In this document: in pieces, positions 48,528 through 61,901 of the stretch | Layout of the letters: every line of letters begins with the position of its first letter | Numbering within the stretch: position 1 is the first letter of the stretch | Assembly (NCBI GenBank): GCA_003344405.1 | Contig: NOWV01000012.1 | Coordinates: 124,001 to 188,000 of the forward strand | DNA from: Trichoplax sp. H2 | Taxonomy: Eukaryota | Reading direction: 5' to 3' | DNA length: 64,000 nt | Made by a program: the position numbers and the translations under genes | The notes under the pieces: model-generated | Database searches by the model: none | The model's input: the letters and a program-made list of their open reading frames with translations, nothing else | Told to the model about the DNA's origin: nothing

Positions 48528-49426
48528 AATATTTTCGTTTTATCACTATGAAATTCATCTTCCAGGATTCTTTAAAAGAGTTTAAAAATAATATCGACAT
48601 AAATATTTAGGATTTTCAGCAATTTTTTGATCAAATTGTCTACATTGGCTGTATTATTATAAATCTCGTGATTAACATTCTTAAGAACAATTTGCTTTGC
48701 TTAATTTCATTTTATGATAATTAACTACTACATTAATCATGTCGAAATCATTTATGCATAGGTATACATGATTTTATATATTAATAATAAATTCTCTTGA
48801 TACAATGATGTTCATTCGGTTTGTTCGATTACATTCTGTACCTCAGTTCACACTAGCTCAGATGGTAATGTTGGCTAATAACCTAGTGTAAAACATTGAT
48901 ACCAAAACTAACTCAAAAAGCATCAAACGTTATATACAAACGCAGAAATCTCTCAGTCAAAGATGCTCCATATTATACATTGTAAATGGTGTCCGGAAAT
49001 CCCCTATTGAGGGATTTTCCGGTATCAGGCAGATGCCCAAACTCTATAGTACGTGTACGTATAACTAGCCTGTACAGTAAACACAGGAGTAAAAGTTTCC
49101 TTACTTTGTGTCTACGTCCTGTATAGTAGTATTATGTAAAACTTTCTAGAAACTTACACCCTGTGCTGAAGGTTAGCTGAAGGTCCTAACTGCTGTAAAT
49201 ACAGTAAAAATCATCATTTTACATGGTTATTAAGGCACCGTAATGTACAGTACAGTACTGTAGACTCCTTATGATTGACCCGCAATAGCACAGTACTGTA
49301 CTGTGCGGTACAGTTTGTACCGGCACCATTGCAATAATTAATTAATTAATACTAATTAATACAAGCTAACCATTTAAAAATAGTCTATTCATTCAAGTAG
49401 TAATTTAGAGCTTGTTACGATGATAT

Positions 49427-49509
49427 GTCAGGATGGCCGAGCGGTCTAAGGCGCTGCGTTCAGGTCGCAGTCTACTCTGTAGGCGTGGGTTCGAATCCCA
49501 CTTCTGACA
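49427..49509 (+). tRNA. tRNA-Leu (anticodon CAG)
   Basis: GTCAGGATGGCCGAGCGGTCTAAGGCGCTGCGTTCAGGTCGCAG...GTGGGTTCGAATCCCACTTCTGACA: cloverleaf with long variable arm, A and B boxes. Confidence 0.97.
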
Positions 49510-49516
49510 TTCATTA

Positions 49517-49524
49517 TTTTTTTT
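49517..49524 (+). terminator. RNA polymerase III oligo-T terminator
   Basis: Run of 8 T starting 8 nt after the tRNA 3' end. Confidence 0.75.
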
Positions 49525-50461
49525 ACGGGTATCGTACCGTACAGTACTACTTAGCCCTGCTGCACTGTAACCTCAAGCTTAATTAACCCTAACTTGACCA
49601 CCAATACTCAATATTACTTTCGATACTTACAGTTGCAGATATCTACGCCATAGAGGTTAGAAAAAAATCTAGACCGCTAACTTACCCTCCTCATTATATA
49701 CAGTACATATAATTTTCAAATTGGACAAAAATTATAATAACTAATCAGTAACTCTAAAAAAATTATCTCAATTTCAGTGGATAGTGGTGACCCTGTAGCC
49801 ACTTAAATAATAATTGTAACTAATCGTAAACGCTATTTTATGGATTTTTTTACAGTATACGTACCTTAACAATCGTGATATAATATAATTTATTAAAAAC
49901 TCGAACAGAACTCTACTCCGATATTTACTGTATATCATGGAAAACTCTCACGTGTATCAGTATTTAGTGTCCAGATAGATACTATATTTTATACTTACAA
50001 TCTATAAATCACAAGCCGTTGTATCAAAATGTGCAGTACACGCATCACATGAGATAGAATTTATAAATTTATCAGCATTTATTAAACTTATTAATGCCAT
50101 TTTATTTCCGTTATACAGACGTAGTACCTATCATTATTGAACAAAACACTGGTAAGCTAAGTGGGTCAAGCAAGCTAATCCAAAAATGGGTGTAATTCAA
50201 ACTTAACTAATGCATCATAAATTAACTATTTAGCCCTTGTTCCTTCCTTTCCTGACAACAAATAGATATCTTACTAAACAATCGTTTACGAAATAGTGTT
50301 TGACATACACCTTTGCAACTGTATAACATCAATACCTTGAGCAATGATCAAAATTTTACGTATCAACAAAGTACTAAGATAGGTATAACGTAATAATTCG
50401 TTTTATGAATATCTTTTATGAGTATTTCGGTGAGATAGCTCTGCAACTACGTCAATCCCTT

Positions 50462-53400
50462 CTAATTTTGCTTTCCATATTTGCTTGCAAGTTTGTTTAT
50501 AATGTTCATTACCTTCGAATTATTTTGATATTTAGAAACATTTTGTGGATTCATGCTCACATCCTGGAACGCGGCCATAATCTCTGGATCCTGATAGTAA
50601 AATATACGAGTATTGATTACTTTATTTGCATGTAATCGAGTATAAGTATGAATACTGTCTGAATATTTTAAGAGCTAAGTTAGAAATAATACGTTTCGAG
50701 AAGTATAATGATTTACCTGAAATGCAGCGATAATCTCGGGATCATTCAACATGGCATTAATATCAGGCATCTGACCTAATTTTTTTATGAATATTCAGTT
50801 CATTAGCTAAATTGCAAGGTATATAAATCCCATACAAATCAGTAAGGCTTAAATCAGCTGTAGTAGCGAAGACTTGCACCCGCAAACGATTACAACACAA
50901 CCAACAGTAGATTATTTTGTAAACATATTGATGTTATACTATCGGACTGCAACAGTTATAAAATTCAAGATGTCATACCGGCACCAGCACCTGGCATTCC
51001 ACCAGCCCCTGGAAATCCTCCAGCACCTAATAAATTTCGAATAAAACCTTAAATTTATGTAGCTACTTAATGACTACATCGTCAAATACTGCAACAGTAA
51101 TAAAATCCAAGGCGTCGTACCGGCACCTGCACCTGGGAATCCACCAGCACCTAATAAATTTTAAAGAAATTCTAAAGTTTATGCAGCCACTTAATGAATA
51201 AATCATGAAATACTATAACAGTAACAAAATCCAAGCATCGTACTGGCACCTGCACCTGGGAATCCACCAGCCCCTGGAAATCCTCCTGCACCTAATAATT
51301 ACGAATAAAGTCCTAAATTTATGTGGCTACTCGACGGTTAAATAATGAAATATTAAGCCGAGCCTGCACCTGCTGCACCAGGGAATCCACCTACCACAAT
51401 TACAGTAAAATAATTACTATTGGAATATCCATGATGTAGATTAATATAATTTTCAGCCTTACATACCTGCTCCAGGAAATCCACCTGCACGCGAAAAGTC
51501 CGCATTAATCATTAAATGAGAATTAATAATAATCAAATTAGAAAATTATAACAATTCTACTTTACATACCAGCTCCGGGAAATCCACCAGCTCCTTAGAA
51601 TTTAGAATTAATCATTAATATAGATATCTAAATAAGAGCCAAATCATCGACACCGGAGGACTAGGTGCCAAGCAAGAATAAGCAATATCTGTATCAAACT
51701 TTAATTACCTGCTCCAGGAAATCCGCCTGGAGTCCCTGATTCTTCTTCCTTTCTTGCTCTTTCTTCCTCTTCTTTCCTAGCCTTTTCTTGAGCCTCTTGA
51801 GCCAGTCGTCTACACGATAACGACACACCAAGCGATAAATTAAAGCATATTAGACTCTCGCATAGTTGCTCAGAGACCGAAATCGTTACATAACACGACA
51901 TTTAATGACATACACTCTTTCCCTTCGTTCTTTTATTTCCTTTTCCGCCTTTCGACGTTCTATTTTACGTTGGTGCTCTTGAATGCGCTGAGCCTAGTCA
52001 ATGTAAAATATTTATTTTATTCTAGTGCAACCAAATTATTTACATGTATGCATTGTTATAGTGAATCTGTTACCACAAGTTATCAATTTACCCTTGGTTG
52101 AACATAGTTCAAGACTTCTTGAGCATCTTCACTGAAATCTATCTTGACAGAAAGTCTTAAATCTGAAGCCGATTTGTCCCATTTACCTAACATTCTGCGA
52201 TGTTATGAATTATATCATATCACTTACTAGCTTTATCGCATAATTCGTGGTTGTGAAGAAACTACAATCATTTATGTTAATAAACTACTATTTGCATAAC
52301 TTACACGTATACGAAGAGCAGTTTACCTGTAAGCGATACCTCTCCACTTGTATGCCTGGGCTGAGTCAGGATTCAATTGAATTGCTTTGTCACAATCACG
52401 AATAGCTGCGTTTGGCTTTTTCGCTTTTATATATCCTCTAAGATTGAGAGGATAAAGCTATTTGTTACTATGTTATTTCATTACTTTGCCCAGCAACACA
52501 ATTTGACATATAATTCTTACCCTGCACGCTTTGCAAATAAAGGCGCTGATTGTGGATTTAGCATTATAGCTTCTGCATAAAGTTTAATGCCTTCGTCGAT
52601 ATTTCCTAATTGTGAGATTTAAGAGTATAAATGATCAATTAACTGAGCATGTTATGTTAAATATCTTAACTCTAGTTAATCTACTAGCACAACATTATAG
52701 TACTAAAGATTGTGTAAGTCAGGAGATACCGTCAGCTAATGCAATATTTGCATTCTGTCTCTTCTCTGACGCTTCTTCTAGCATTTCCTCTGTGACCTAT
52801 AATAAAATTAGCGAAGAGTATATGCCCATATACTTGTTAAGCAAACGCTAAAATTAGCCAAGCATACATCTGCATAACCTAGTATGCCTACACAGTGCAC
52901 TATACTGCGTATTATAAAGTACTTCAGAATTGTCCGTTAACCTCTTTAGAACCATCTCCCATAGGTTGAGGAGCATCATCGTCACCTTCAATGACACCTT
53001 CCGCTTCAATATCTAAGTCACTTTCTTCACTCTCTTCTGCCGGGGCCTCCGGAGGATTCTCTGGCGGACTATTTTCTTGGCTTGACTGCGTTAACAGAAT
53101 CGACAATGATCACGGTTAATCCATAAAACAATGTCTTCCATTAAATTATCATAATAATGGTACAGCAAGTTTTTTAATCATAGAAATTACTCTCGACGCG
53201 CGTAATGCTTCAACTATTACAACTCATATTAGGCAAAAAATTTGGCATCAATCGTTTTAAAGACCATAATTGCACAAACAGTGGCAATTTCGAAACTACT
53301 GTTTATGGAAGGTAGTATTCATTCGCGACTACCACTGCTACTTTTCTTTCAAACTTTCTGGGCATAAAATAATGTAATTTGCTGATCCAACCTGGCTTTC

Positions 53401-54121
53401 CGATTCATCATCTATGCTTTCCTCGACTTTCTCTTCTTCCGGTTCAGCCGCTTCAGGAATCTTACCACCCAAGCTACAGACGTATACCAAGCATAAAGTA
53501 TAGATTTAGAAACATTCATTTACTGTTAAATAGTATTACTTACAAACGTATGCACGATGAGAAATGACCGTATGAGATTACAGTGACAGTTCCATTCTAT
53601 TTTAACATAACATAATGGAATCTGACTGTCTGAAATCGCATACAGCTGCACAGTTGCACATTATTACTATACAGCTGCAAGTGACTACATAAAATAAAAT
53701 TAATATTATCGAGGGCTAAAATGTTTTCATTTCTATAATGTACGTAGTCCTATGTTTCCGTTTAAGGGACCTGCTGGTATCACTTCCGATCTCTTCAACT
53801 GAACTCTGGAGATGTTTACACTCGATATTGGACAACTGTATAATGTATATGTGTGCCTCCACCGTAATCGAAAGTATCGACTTTTACTATACTGCATTTA
53901 CTCCAGATAAGCTGTATTGTTAATGTGTAACATCTATTTTACTACCTTATTTGAAATAAAATTAATCAAGTGTATTCATTGCAGATGTGCTTCATTATTT
54001 CTCACCTAACAATAAAATCAGCAAAAAATTTCAATTCTGGAAGGCGCAACATCGCGGGATTATTTTTGCAATGGTCAATAAATTGCTCCAAAAGTTTGAG
54101 ATGTTGGATCGAAGTTGCCAT
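50462..54121 (-). CDS. ST13: Hsc70-interacting protein (Hip)
   Basis: N-terminal dimerisation domain ([12 protein letters not shown]...LGGKIP), ESEESDLDI...GVIE, TPRs ([28 protein letters not shown]), GGFPG/GGMPG repeats, STI1 domain [24 protein letters not shown]; stop 50462-50464. Confidence 0.95.
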
Positions 54122-54321
54122 TTTGTTGATAATATCTGATTTGGATTATATTTAACAAACCTGTCGAAGAGTAGTTTCAGCGTCAAATCCAACGGAAGAA
54201 AGTCACTAGCGAAGATTTTACTTACTTGTGAGAAGTTGAAATCGTGGAAGGATTGCTCGGCACAGCGGCGATTGCAATTGGTCCTCAGGTGCCACTACTC
54301 TTGCCTTTTAAGTTACTTTCG

Positions 54322-54732
54322 CAGTACTGTACACTGTACACTGTACACTGTACACTGTACTGTACAGTATAATGTACTAAATCACTAAAATCGAATACAG
54401 TACTGTATGGTTCAATAGCACACTCTTAACGTGAATTTGCTCAAAGTGGCCTATCGCCTTTTTTCAATAACTGATCCAACGCCATTTTTTGCCACTTTCA
54501 AATGCATCAGTCTTTAAAATGGCCCTAGTTGACTTGACGTAAATAGAATTTCTTCACCAATATCCCGTGAAGTTGTTGGGAGTTTATTTTCCTTATTTAT
54601 TTATTTTATTTTAAATTCTACATTACTGGAAGTTAAAATCCAGATTTTTGAATATACAGTACAGTGTACAGTACGTACTGTACAGTACACCACACTGTAG
54701 AACACGAACTGTACACTCTGAGTGTACAGTAC
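54322..54732. promoter_or_regulatory. Two TACAG/CTGTA tracts in the divergent ST13-SH3D19 promoter
   Basis: (CTGTACA)x4 at about 54326-54353 and an oppositely biased TACAGTACAGTGTACAGTAC tract at 54655-54732. Confidence 0.6.
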
Positions 54733-56658
54733 GCATAGTTTAGTAATGTCATCCATGGGCGTGTTGTACGGTCTACGGGTATAACATGGTCTGTATGGTA
54801 CTACAACATCATTGGCACTCAACATTAAGAGAAGGCTCCGCTAAGTGGTCGAGTTACACTGTTGCTGTATGACCTGGTTCAAGACGACATCTACCTATGG
54901 TCCGCAATCTATGCTTTGAAGTTTGTATATTTTGAAGGCAGAATAAAGGAGCCATTTCTTGCAACGAAATCAGTTGGTTAATCCAGTGGCAGAAAGGCTT
55001 ATTCCCTGCTTGTGACTAGGCCTGTTATACAAAGTTGAGCTATCTTGCCATTTAGTGTCAATGAAATCCTTGTAAGTATCATATAAAAAAAGTGATTTTA
55101 TAGTTTACAATCATTCAAATTGTTCAAGCAATCACTGCACAAAGTGATAGTGTAAAAATAGAAAATACATACAGCAAAAGTACATAGTGAATGGAATCAT
55201 CTCCATTACTGAAATATTCAAATTTCCACTCCAGGAACAATTGAAAGTTGTTCCAAGTCGTTCAAAAAATGGCACTTCTATCGTAATATACGCGTAGAAG
55301 ATTTGGCAAAGTGCGACCAAGTACAGTCGATTCGATTCTTACTGAATCCTATAAATTAGTATTGGCTTACTTGTAGAGCAATAGTAATTGACAGCTTTTT
55401 CATGGGTTAATAGTTTTGGAACCTGTTACGAATATTGAGTGTATCTTTTGACAGCGACTAATTTGATATGTAAATACTCTTACGTGAGCATTATGTCCAT
55501 CTCCTGTACAGCAACATTATTTTCGTATCAGATATTTTAATAGATAGTAGTATAAACTACTGTATTCGCACTTTAATTTTTAGTTACATTTTTTCCCAAT
55601 GAAAGTATCTAAAACGAAATTGAAGACGCTGTATATTGTACAGTATATCACTGTAATGGTAAAGCTACGTAGATTCCACAGTACTATACAGTATACAGTT
55701 ACACCTCTGATTCTCTCATGACTCATGTAACCGTCAATAAACATGGGATTTTAGGTTAAGAGTTCGAAAATTTCTACATTGTAGAATTAGTCAATACTTG
55801 AAAGTATACAAGCATGAAGTTATAATAAGATCACAACACACCTCTAACACCAATGAGATTCTTTGTACTATTGATATTTTTACTAGGGAGTCCTCCGACT
55901 CTCTGCTACGATACAGTTGTCGCCAATTTCGATACCACTGCGCAATTTTCAAAGCTTATTTTCTACTATTACAATTATTCGTAATACGAATCTATCGCCT
56001 TCATGCCAGTATCATTAAGTTAAAATTACGACAGTGTTCTCCATAACAAAGAAAACAACCCATAATAATATAGACGTTCAATACAGAATCAACTACAAAT
56101 TGCGGACAAATGTATTATTATAGATTGTGATGGAAAACGTATAATAAACATTGCATTCTTTAATTTAATTCAATGCCGTGCATACACTTTACAGTATAAG
56201 GTATGTACATTATATAAACTAAATAACCTGAAGTATCCGTCCTTCGTAGAAAATTTAAAATACTACTCAATAATTCATACGGTAGAATATATCAATTTAA
56301 CACTTATGTATATATTGTAATGGAGTGAATTAGCGGTAAAATAATCACAATTCTCCTATAAATGGTTTATTTACAGTATTACTATATTACTGTATACGTG
56401 AGCAGAGCAAAGTTTGATGCCTTTTCTTCCAACAAATGTAAAATTACAGTAATACACGTTTAATGCACTTGGTGTGCAGTATTATAATGGACTATTAAAA
56501 CACCTTTCTTCCAGTTCAAGAGCTGATACTACCTGTGTGAACCTTAGTGGTCTAATTAATTATTTAGCAATCTTGTATTATTATTAAATGATACATTAAA
56601 CGTGCGTGTCTCTTTTCTTATTTAGGTGTAAGAAGCACTTTATGAATATCTCTTAATT

Positions 56659-59600
56659 ATGTCTAAAAGGTAAGGTCACTGTCCCTAAGAAGGGGTTTCG
56701 ATAAGGTAGCTCCATAATGTTTCCGTTCCATTATCAAATATGTGTATAACAATGTATCATCAATAATATAGCCATTTATAACATCATGCGATAGTATTCC
56801 ATAGCTAACTATCATGCTTAAGTAAAGAAATAATAAGCAATAACACAGTATCTTAAAGATGTCCATGTTCTTTAGAATATCGTAACTGAAATTATATCAT
56901 GTCACGCTTTAAACTTGTACTATTCCGCCACAACAAGCCGAAAGCGATCTTCTAAAACATGTGCTTATTTAGACCAGAAATAACAATTGTTTCGGCAACG
57001 CCGATGGATGTATCTGCAATTGATTTTAAACAAAGTAATCACTCCAGACCTCCTCCGCCGGTGCCAAATGTTCCTCCTCCGAGTTCTACCGTACCCCCGG
57101 CTCCGCGTCGCCCGCCCCCTGTACCCAAACCTCCAACTAATAAGCCTCCGGCTAATAAGCCTCCTTTACCCAAGCCTCCTACTAATAAGCCTCCTTTACC
57201 CAAGCCTCCGACTAGCAAGCCTCCTTTACCCAAGCCTCCTGAAGCAACTACGCCTGCTATAGGAGAAAAGCCTACTATAAAACCAAGGCCGATCATAGCT
57301 CCAAAGCCTACTATCAACCCGGATCCAATACCGAAAGCTGAAGTGAAACCTGAGTTAAGCGATCAAAGAATTGAACCAACAGTATGTTATAAACTGCTCT
57401 CCATCCGTTTATTTATTAAATGAAACCACTTTTTGTAGTTTTCGGTTAAAGATAATCTCACTCCTTTTGCAGTCTAATGAGTCACCTCACAGTATTGAAG
57501 CACGTGAAAATAGTTTTCGGATGTCAAATACAGACTTAAATGAAGATACTACAACCTCCCCAAGTTCTCATCATAAAGTATTGCCTCCAAGGCCCAACAG
57601 TCGAGTCCTACCACCTCCACCTTCAAAGACTTTACCTCCACGGCCTACATCGAAACAAATAGATAGCCCTCATAAAGACAAAGATGAAGTTTCAAATGGC
57701 ATCAAAGCAGATAAATCTAGTAAAGAAACTCCAACAGTTCCTAGCCCAGAGTCAGTAGTGTCAAGACCCACGAGTAGACCACCGACAGTGCCGGTACAAT
57801 CTTCAGCCCAGGAGCCAAACTTTGGCATAACTAGAAATGAAACGAATCAGCCACCTTCACCTACCCGAAGACCTCCAGTGCCACAACAACCACCATCTCG
57901 ATTACCACCACAGATTCCACAGCAAGATATCCGTAACTCCATGCCACCGCCTCCTCAAGCTCTACCTCAACGGCAATTGCGACAAGTTTCTCCGGACTCA
58001 TCACCAAAGGCTGCTTTAATGATGGATAACGTTATGTCTAAGCAGCTAAACAGCTTTCAAAATCCTAACGATAAACCTCTAAATGCTCAAACCGATAACA
58101 AACCATCGAAACCTTTGCCGCCTAAAAGGCCACCACCGACAAGACAGTCAGTTATAAAATCACCTGAATCACCCGAAAACCCCTCACCGAATTTACTAGC
58201 GGATGCCACTGATTCACTGAGTGCTATATCAGGAAATAAAGATACGCGTACAGTTTCGCAAGATGATACAATTAAATTAAGTAAACCTCCGCCACCTGTT
58301 AAGCCGAAACCAAGGCCGTCAGTGCCCTTCAATTCGCAAGATCTTATTAAACTACCAGGTGCATTTACAGCGTGAGCACCGTATTAAAATACTATAACTG
58401 CAAAATATTTTAAAGGGCATAAAAATATTAGCATACATTCATGCAGCAGAATCTACTAGTAGTATCTCAGATTATACAGAATCTTTATCCCTGCACAAAT
58501 TTTACACACGTACAATGGTATGCTGAATAAATGTTTAAGTACCGGTGATTACGCTATTTCTCGTACCCTAGGTCGATCGGAAGCAATCCCGCAGCAAGAA
58601 TCTATAGTCAATGCAAACATAAATCCTTCACTACAAAGTTCTGAAACAGTAAAAGAAATCTCCAATTCAAAGAAAAAAGCACCACCTCGTCCGCCCATGT
58701 TTCAAGTCAAGCCTGGAGACAGTAAACAACAAAGTAAAACCGAACGAAGTAACTCACAATAAAATACCTATTTTGTGTTACACAATATCTGTTATACTAA
58801 CCTGTATCTTTATATGAGATCAAGAATTATTTCGAAAGTTACGCAGTTGTACTTCTTCAGCTGCTGTTCATATTTTAAAGCCATGTTTAATGTAAGAAAA
58901 TTATGTTATAGTAGATGGCGTTCCATTACAACAAAGTTCAAAAATGCCACCATCGAAGCCTCCAAGATCTCTGGCTATCATATCAAAAACAGGTTTCTCA
59001 AAACATTGAATCTTTGGTTTGAGAAGGAAATACTGTGATGTATATCTTTTCACTATGCGTATAATCAACGACCTATTATACTGTAGGAATACCGCCCTTA
59101 CCAAAACGTCCTGGACCAGGACATCCCTTGTATCACTATGTGGTAAATACGTATATCGCATGATAACATGCTTTTGATTGAAAATGTTTGTTAGGTACCA
59201 TTGAAATTGACACAATCATGCGCTATTATCCAACTCCCTTATAGGTTACAGAGCCTCATGCTATAGCAACATTCGATTTTTCAGCCCAGGATAACGACGA
59301 GCTGTCACTTCAAAAAGGAGATGTTATCATTTTACTGCAAAAAATAGACGATACGTGGTATATAGGCCGAAATGATCAAAAGAAAGGCATATTTCCTTCG
59401 AATTTTGTTCGAATTGTTAAGGACATTGGAACAAGACAAGCACAAAGCGATGTACCAGAAAAAGTTAGTAGCTAAACTAAAATATTGTAAATCATTTTAA
59501 CGAAGTCAAACTTACTTTTCACCTTATGTTAAAAAATTAGATGAATGCCGAATTCGATAAACCATGTGCTGTAGCACGATTTGATTTTGACGCCGGTAAC

Positions 59601-61901
59601 TAGTCTTCGAACTATTACTATACAAGCAAGATCTCAGCTAATTAATAATCAACTTTGTGATGATTCGATTAGTAATAATTTATCGTTTATTTAACTAAAT
59701 TGTCTAGTAACAAAAACTTTTTTGATAATGTGTATACAATAACTGCATCTTCAACTTTTATATCACCATAATAACGTAGAAAATGAGAACGAGCTAGCAT
59801 TTACAGAAGGTGACCATATTACGCTATTAAACTATGTTGGAGAGGAATGGCTGAAAGGACAACTTAATGGAAAGATTGGAATTTTTCCGATCGATTTTGT
59901 TCATATTCTTGTAAATATCACATCTAAATGTCTCTTACCTTGTTAAGTTTTTTCTCTCTTCATACGTTTTCTTTCAATTTCTCTTTCATGAATTTGTAGA
60001 AAGACTTGTCTGAGCCACATGATGCAGCATCAGCGAAGTATGATAACTTTATAGTTGATCAAAAATAATAGCATTTGTCGTTTTCAAATTGTTACTGATG
60101 TCTTTCGACAGTATCGAACTTAAAACATACGTATGTTTTCTTTTCAGTGTTGACAGCACTGATTCTAACCCAATAAATAGCCAATTCGCTAATCCTAATA
60201 ATCCGTCCATGTCAGGTACCTGTAAAATTTATATCGATTTCTTATTCAGTAATCTTAGTAGTTATACAGCCATAAAATTAACGACCCAAATAAGAACCTA
60301 GATCTTCTACCTTAAATAAACACGTTCTAATTTACAGATAAAAGTCTTTGCAAAGCAATGTTTGACTTCGAAGGGAGTGATGACAGAGAATTATCGTTTA
60401 AGGTATCTGAAAATGATTTTTAATACGGACCACGATATATACTGATTTCTCTATAAATTAAAATAGCTGTAGAATGTTACATTTATGAGGGTAACTTCAA
60501 AGCTGCATATAGTCCTATTCTTTATACTTTCTATTGTTCAATGTACTAGGCGGGAGATATGCTTGAAGTTACTGGAAAAATCGATAATGAATGGGCAACT
60601 GGAAAGTTAAATCAAAAAGACGGAATGTTTCCAATTGCATTCGTTGACAAAATTCCTGATACATTATTGCTTGTTGCCAATAAAGAGGTATACGCAACTT
60701 AGGAAATTTGACGTGGTTGTAACAGTGCATTAAATTATATAGTAATAGCTTAATTTAGAGTTTATTCTAAAATTAACACCGCTTGAAAAGCAATCCTTTC
60801 ATAACTATAAAAAGTAGTAAGCATACAATAGGGAATTCCCTCCAATAGATGTAGGCACTTTATTGTTACTAAGACATTCTGGATAATAATATTAGTACTA
60901 CTAATGATTAATTACTGTCATATTTATACCGTATAGGTTAATCATCAGTTTCCGCGAGATGCTACAGCATTAGTACATAAGTTACATGTTTTAATGTAGC
61001 GTTACTGTATTAAGGCCTTTAAGTCTAAAAATCTTCATACTGTATTGATATTACAGGTTGACGTTCCTCATTGCAAAGCAGTATATGATTTTAATGCTGA
61101 AGCTGATAATGAGCTATCATTCCGTAAAGGCGATATAATTACGATCGTAGCAAAAATAAACGACGAATGGTTAGAAGGCAAATTAAATAATCGCAATGGA
61201 ATATTTCCTACCCAGTTCGTGGAAATTATTCAGGATCTGGGGGATAATGCAAAATCTGCCGGTAAAGTAACAGGCAATTGATTTATGTAGTACTTTGCGA
61301 TTAAAAATTGCTGTACTAGTGAATTACGAGAGTAGTTACTGCATTAAACGTAATGAAGTGCGTGCTCTAACGTTTATTGCAAAGCACTCATATTTTACCT
61401 TTAACTTCATTTCGTAATTGTGGCTAAAGGTTCTATTTATTTTTCACTTTAGCATCTAATAGTAACTTTAATGTTAAAGCTATCTACGACTTCGATGGCC
61501 AAGATAGTACTGAATTATCATTTAAGGTCAGTAAATGCAAGTTTTTTAATATTTTAAAATGTTATCATTAGTTAATTTATTTTATCAATGAGAGCCTTAA
61601 CGTAAGTTTTATGACTGTAGATCCATCTTAATTGCATATCGTAGTTTCCTAGTTTGTAATATCACATAAAGACTCGTAATATTTTTATGAATAAATGCAT
61701 ATATATGCCTACTTGAGAAACTGAACTTTAAAAAATACTATTGTAGTTAAAACAATGTAACCTGGCGCATATTGTCTCCAATAGGAAGGTGAATACATTA
61801 CTGTTATAGAAAAAGTAAACGACGAATGGTTACTAGGAGAAATCAATGGACAAAAAGGCCAATTTCCTATTGCTTTCGTGAAAATATTTAATAGACAATG
61901 A
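56659..61901 (+). CDS. SH3D19: Proline-rich adaptor with five C-terminal SH3 domains, SH3D19 (Eve-1)-like
   Basis: MSKR|PEITIVSATPM start (56659-56669 joined to 56973), long PxxP-rich region, five SH3 domains (approx. 59250-59420, 59560-59910, 60340-60650, 61060-61230, 61465-61890), each with A..DF..ELSF..G..W..G.FP..FV. Confidence 0.8.
57120..57240 (+). repeat. Coding 30-bp tandem repeat (PKPPTNKPPL)n
   Basis: CCCAAGCCTCCTACTAATAAGCCTCCTTTA repeated 3-4 times inside the SH3D19-like exon. Confidence 0.85.

Noticed and set aside
27349-54884. B-box-like TGGTTCAA in several promoters (27351, 38609, 54408, 54875)
   Set aside because: Short, imperfect match to GGTTCGANNC; too few occurrences to separate from chance.
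57039-57317. Gly-rich minus-strand ORF (GGLLVGGLGK)n
   Set aside because: Antisense shadow of the proline-rich SH3D19-like exon.
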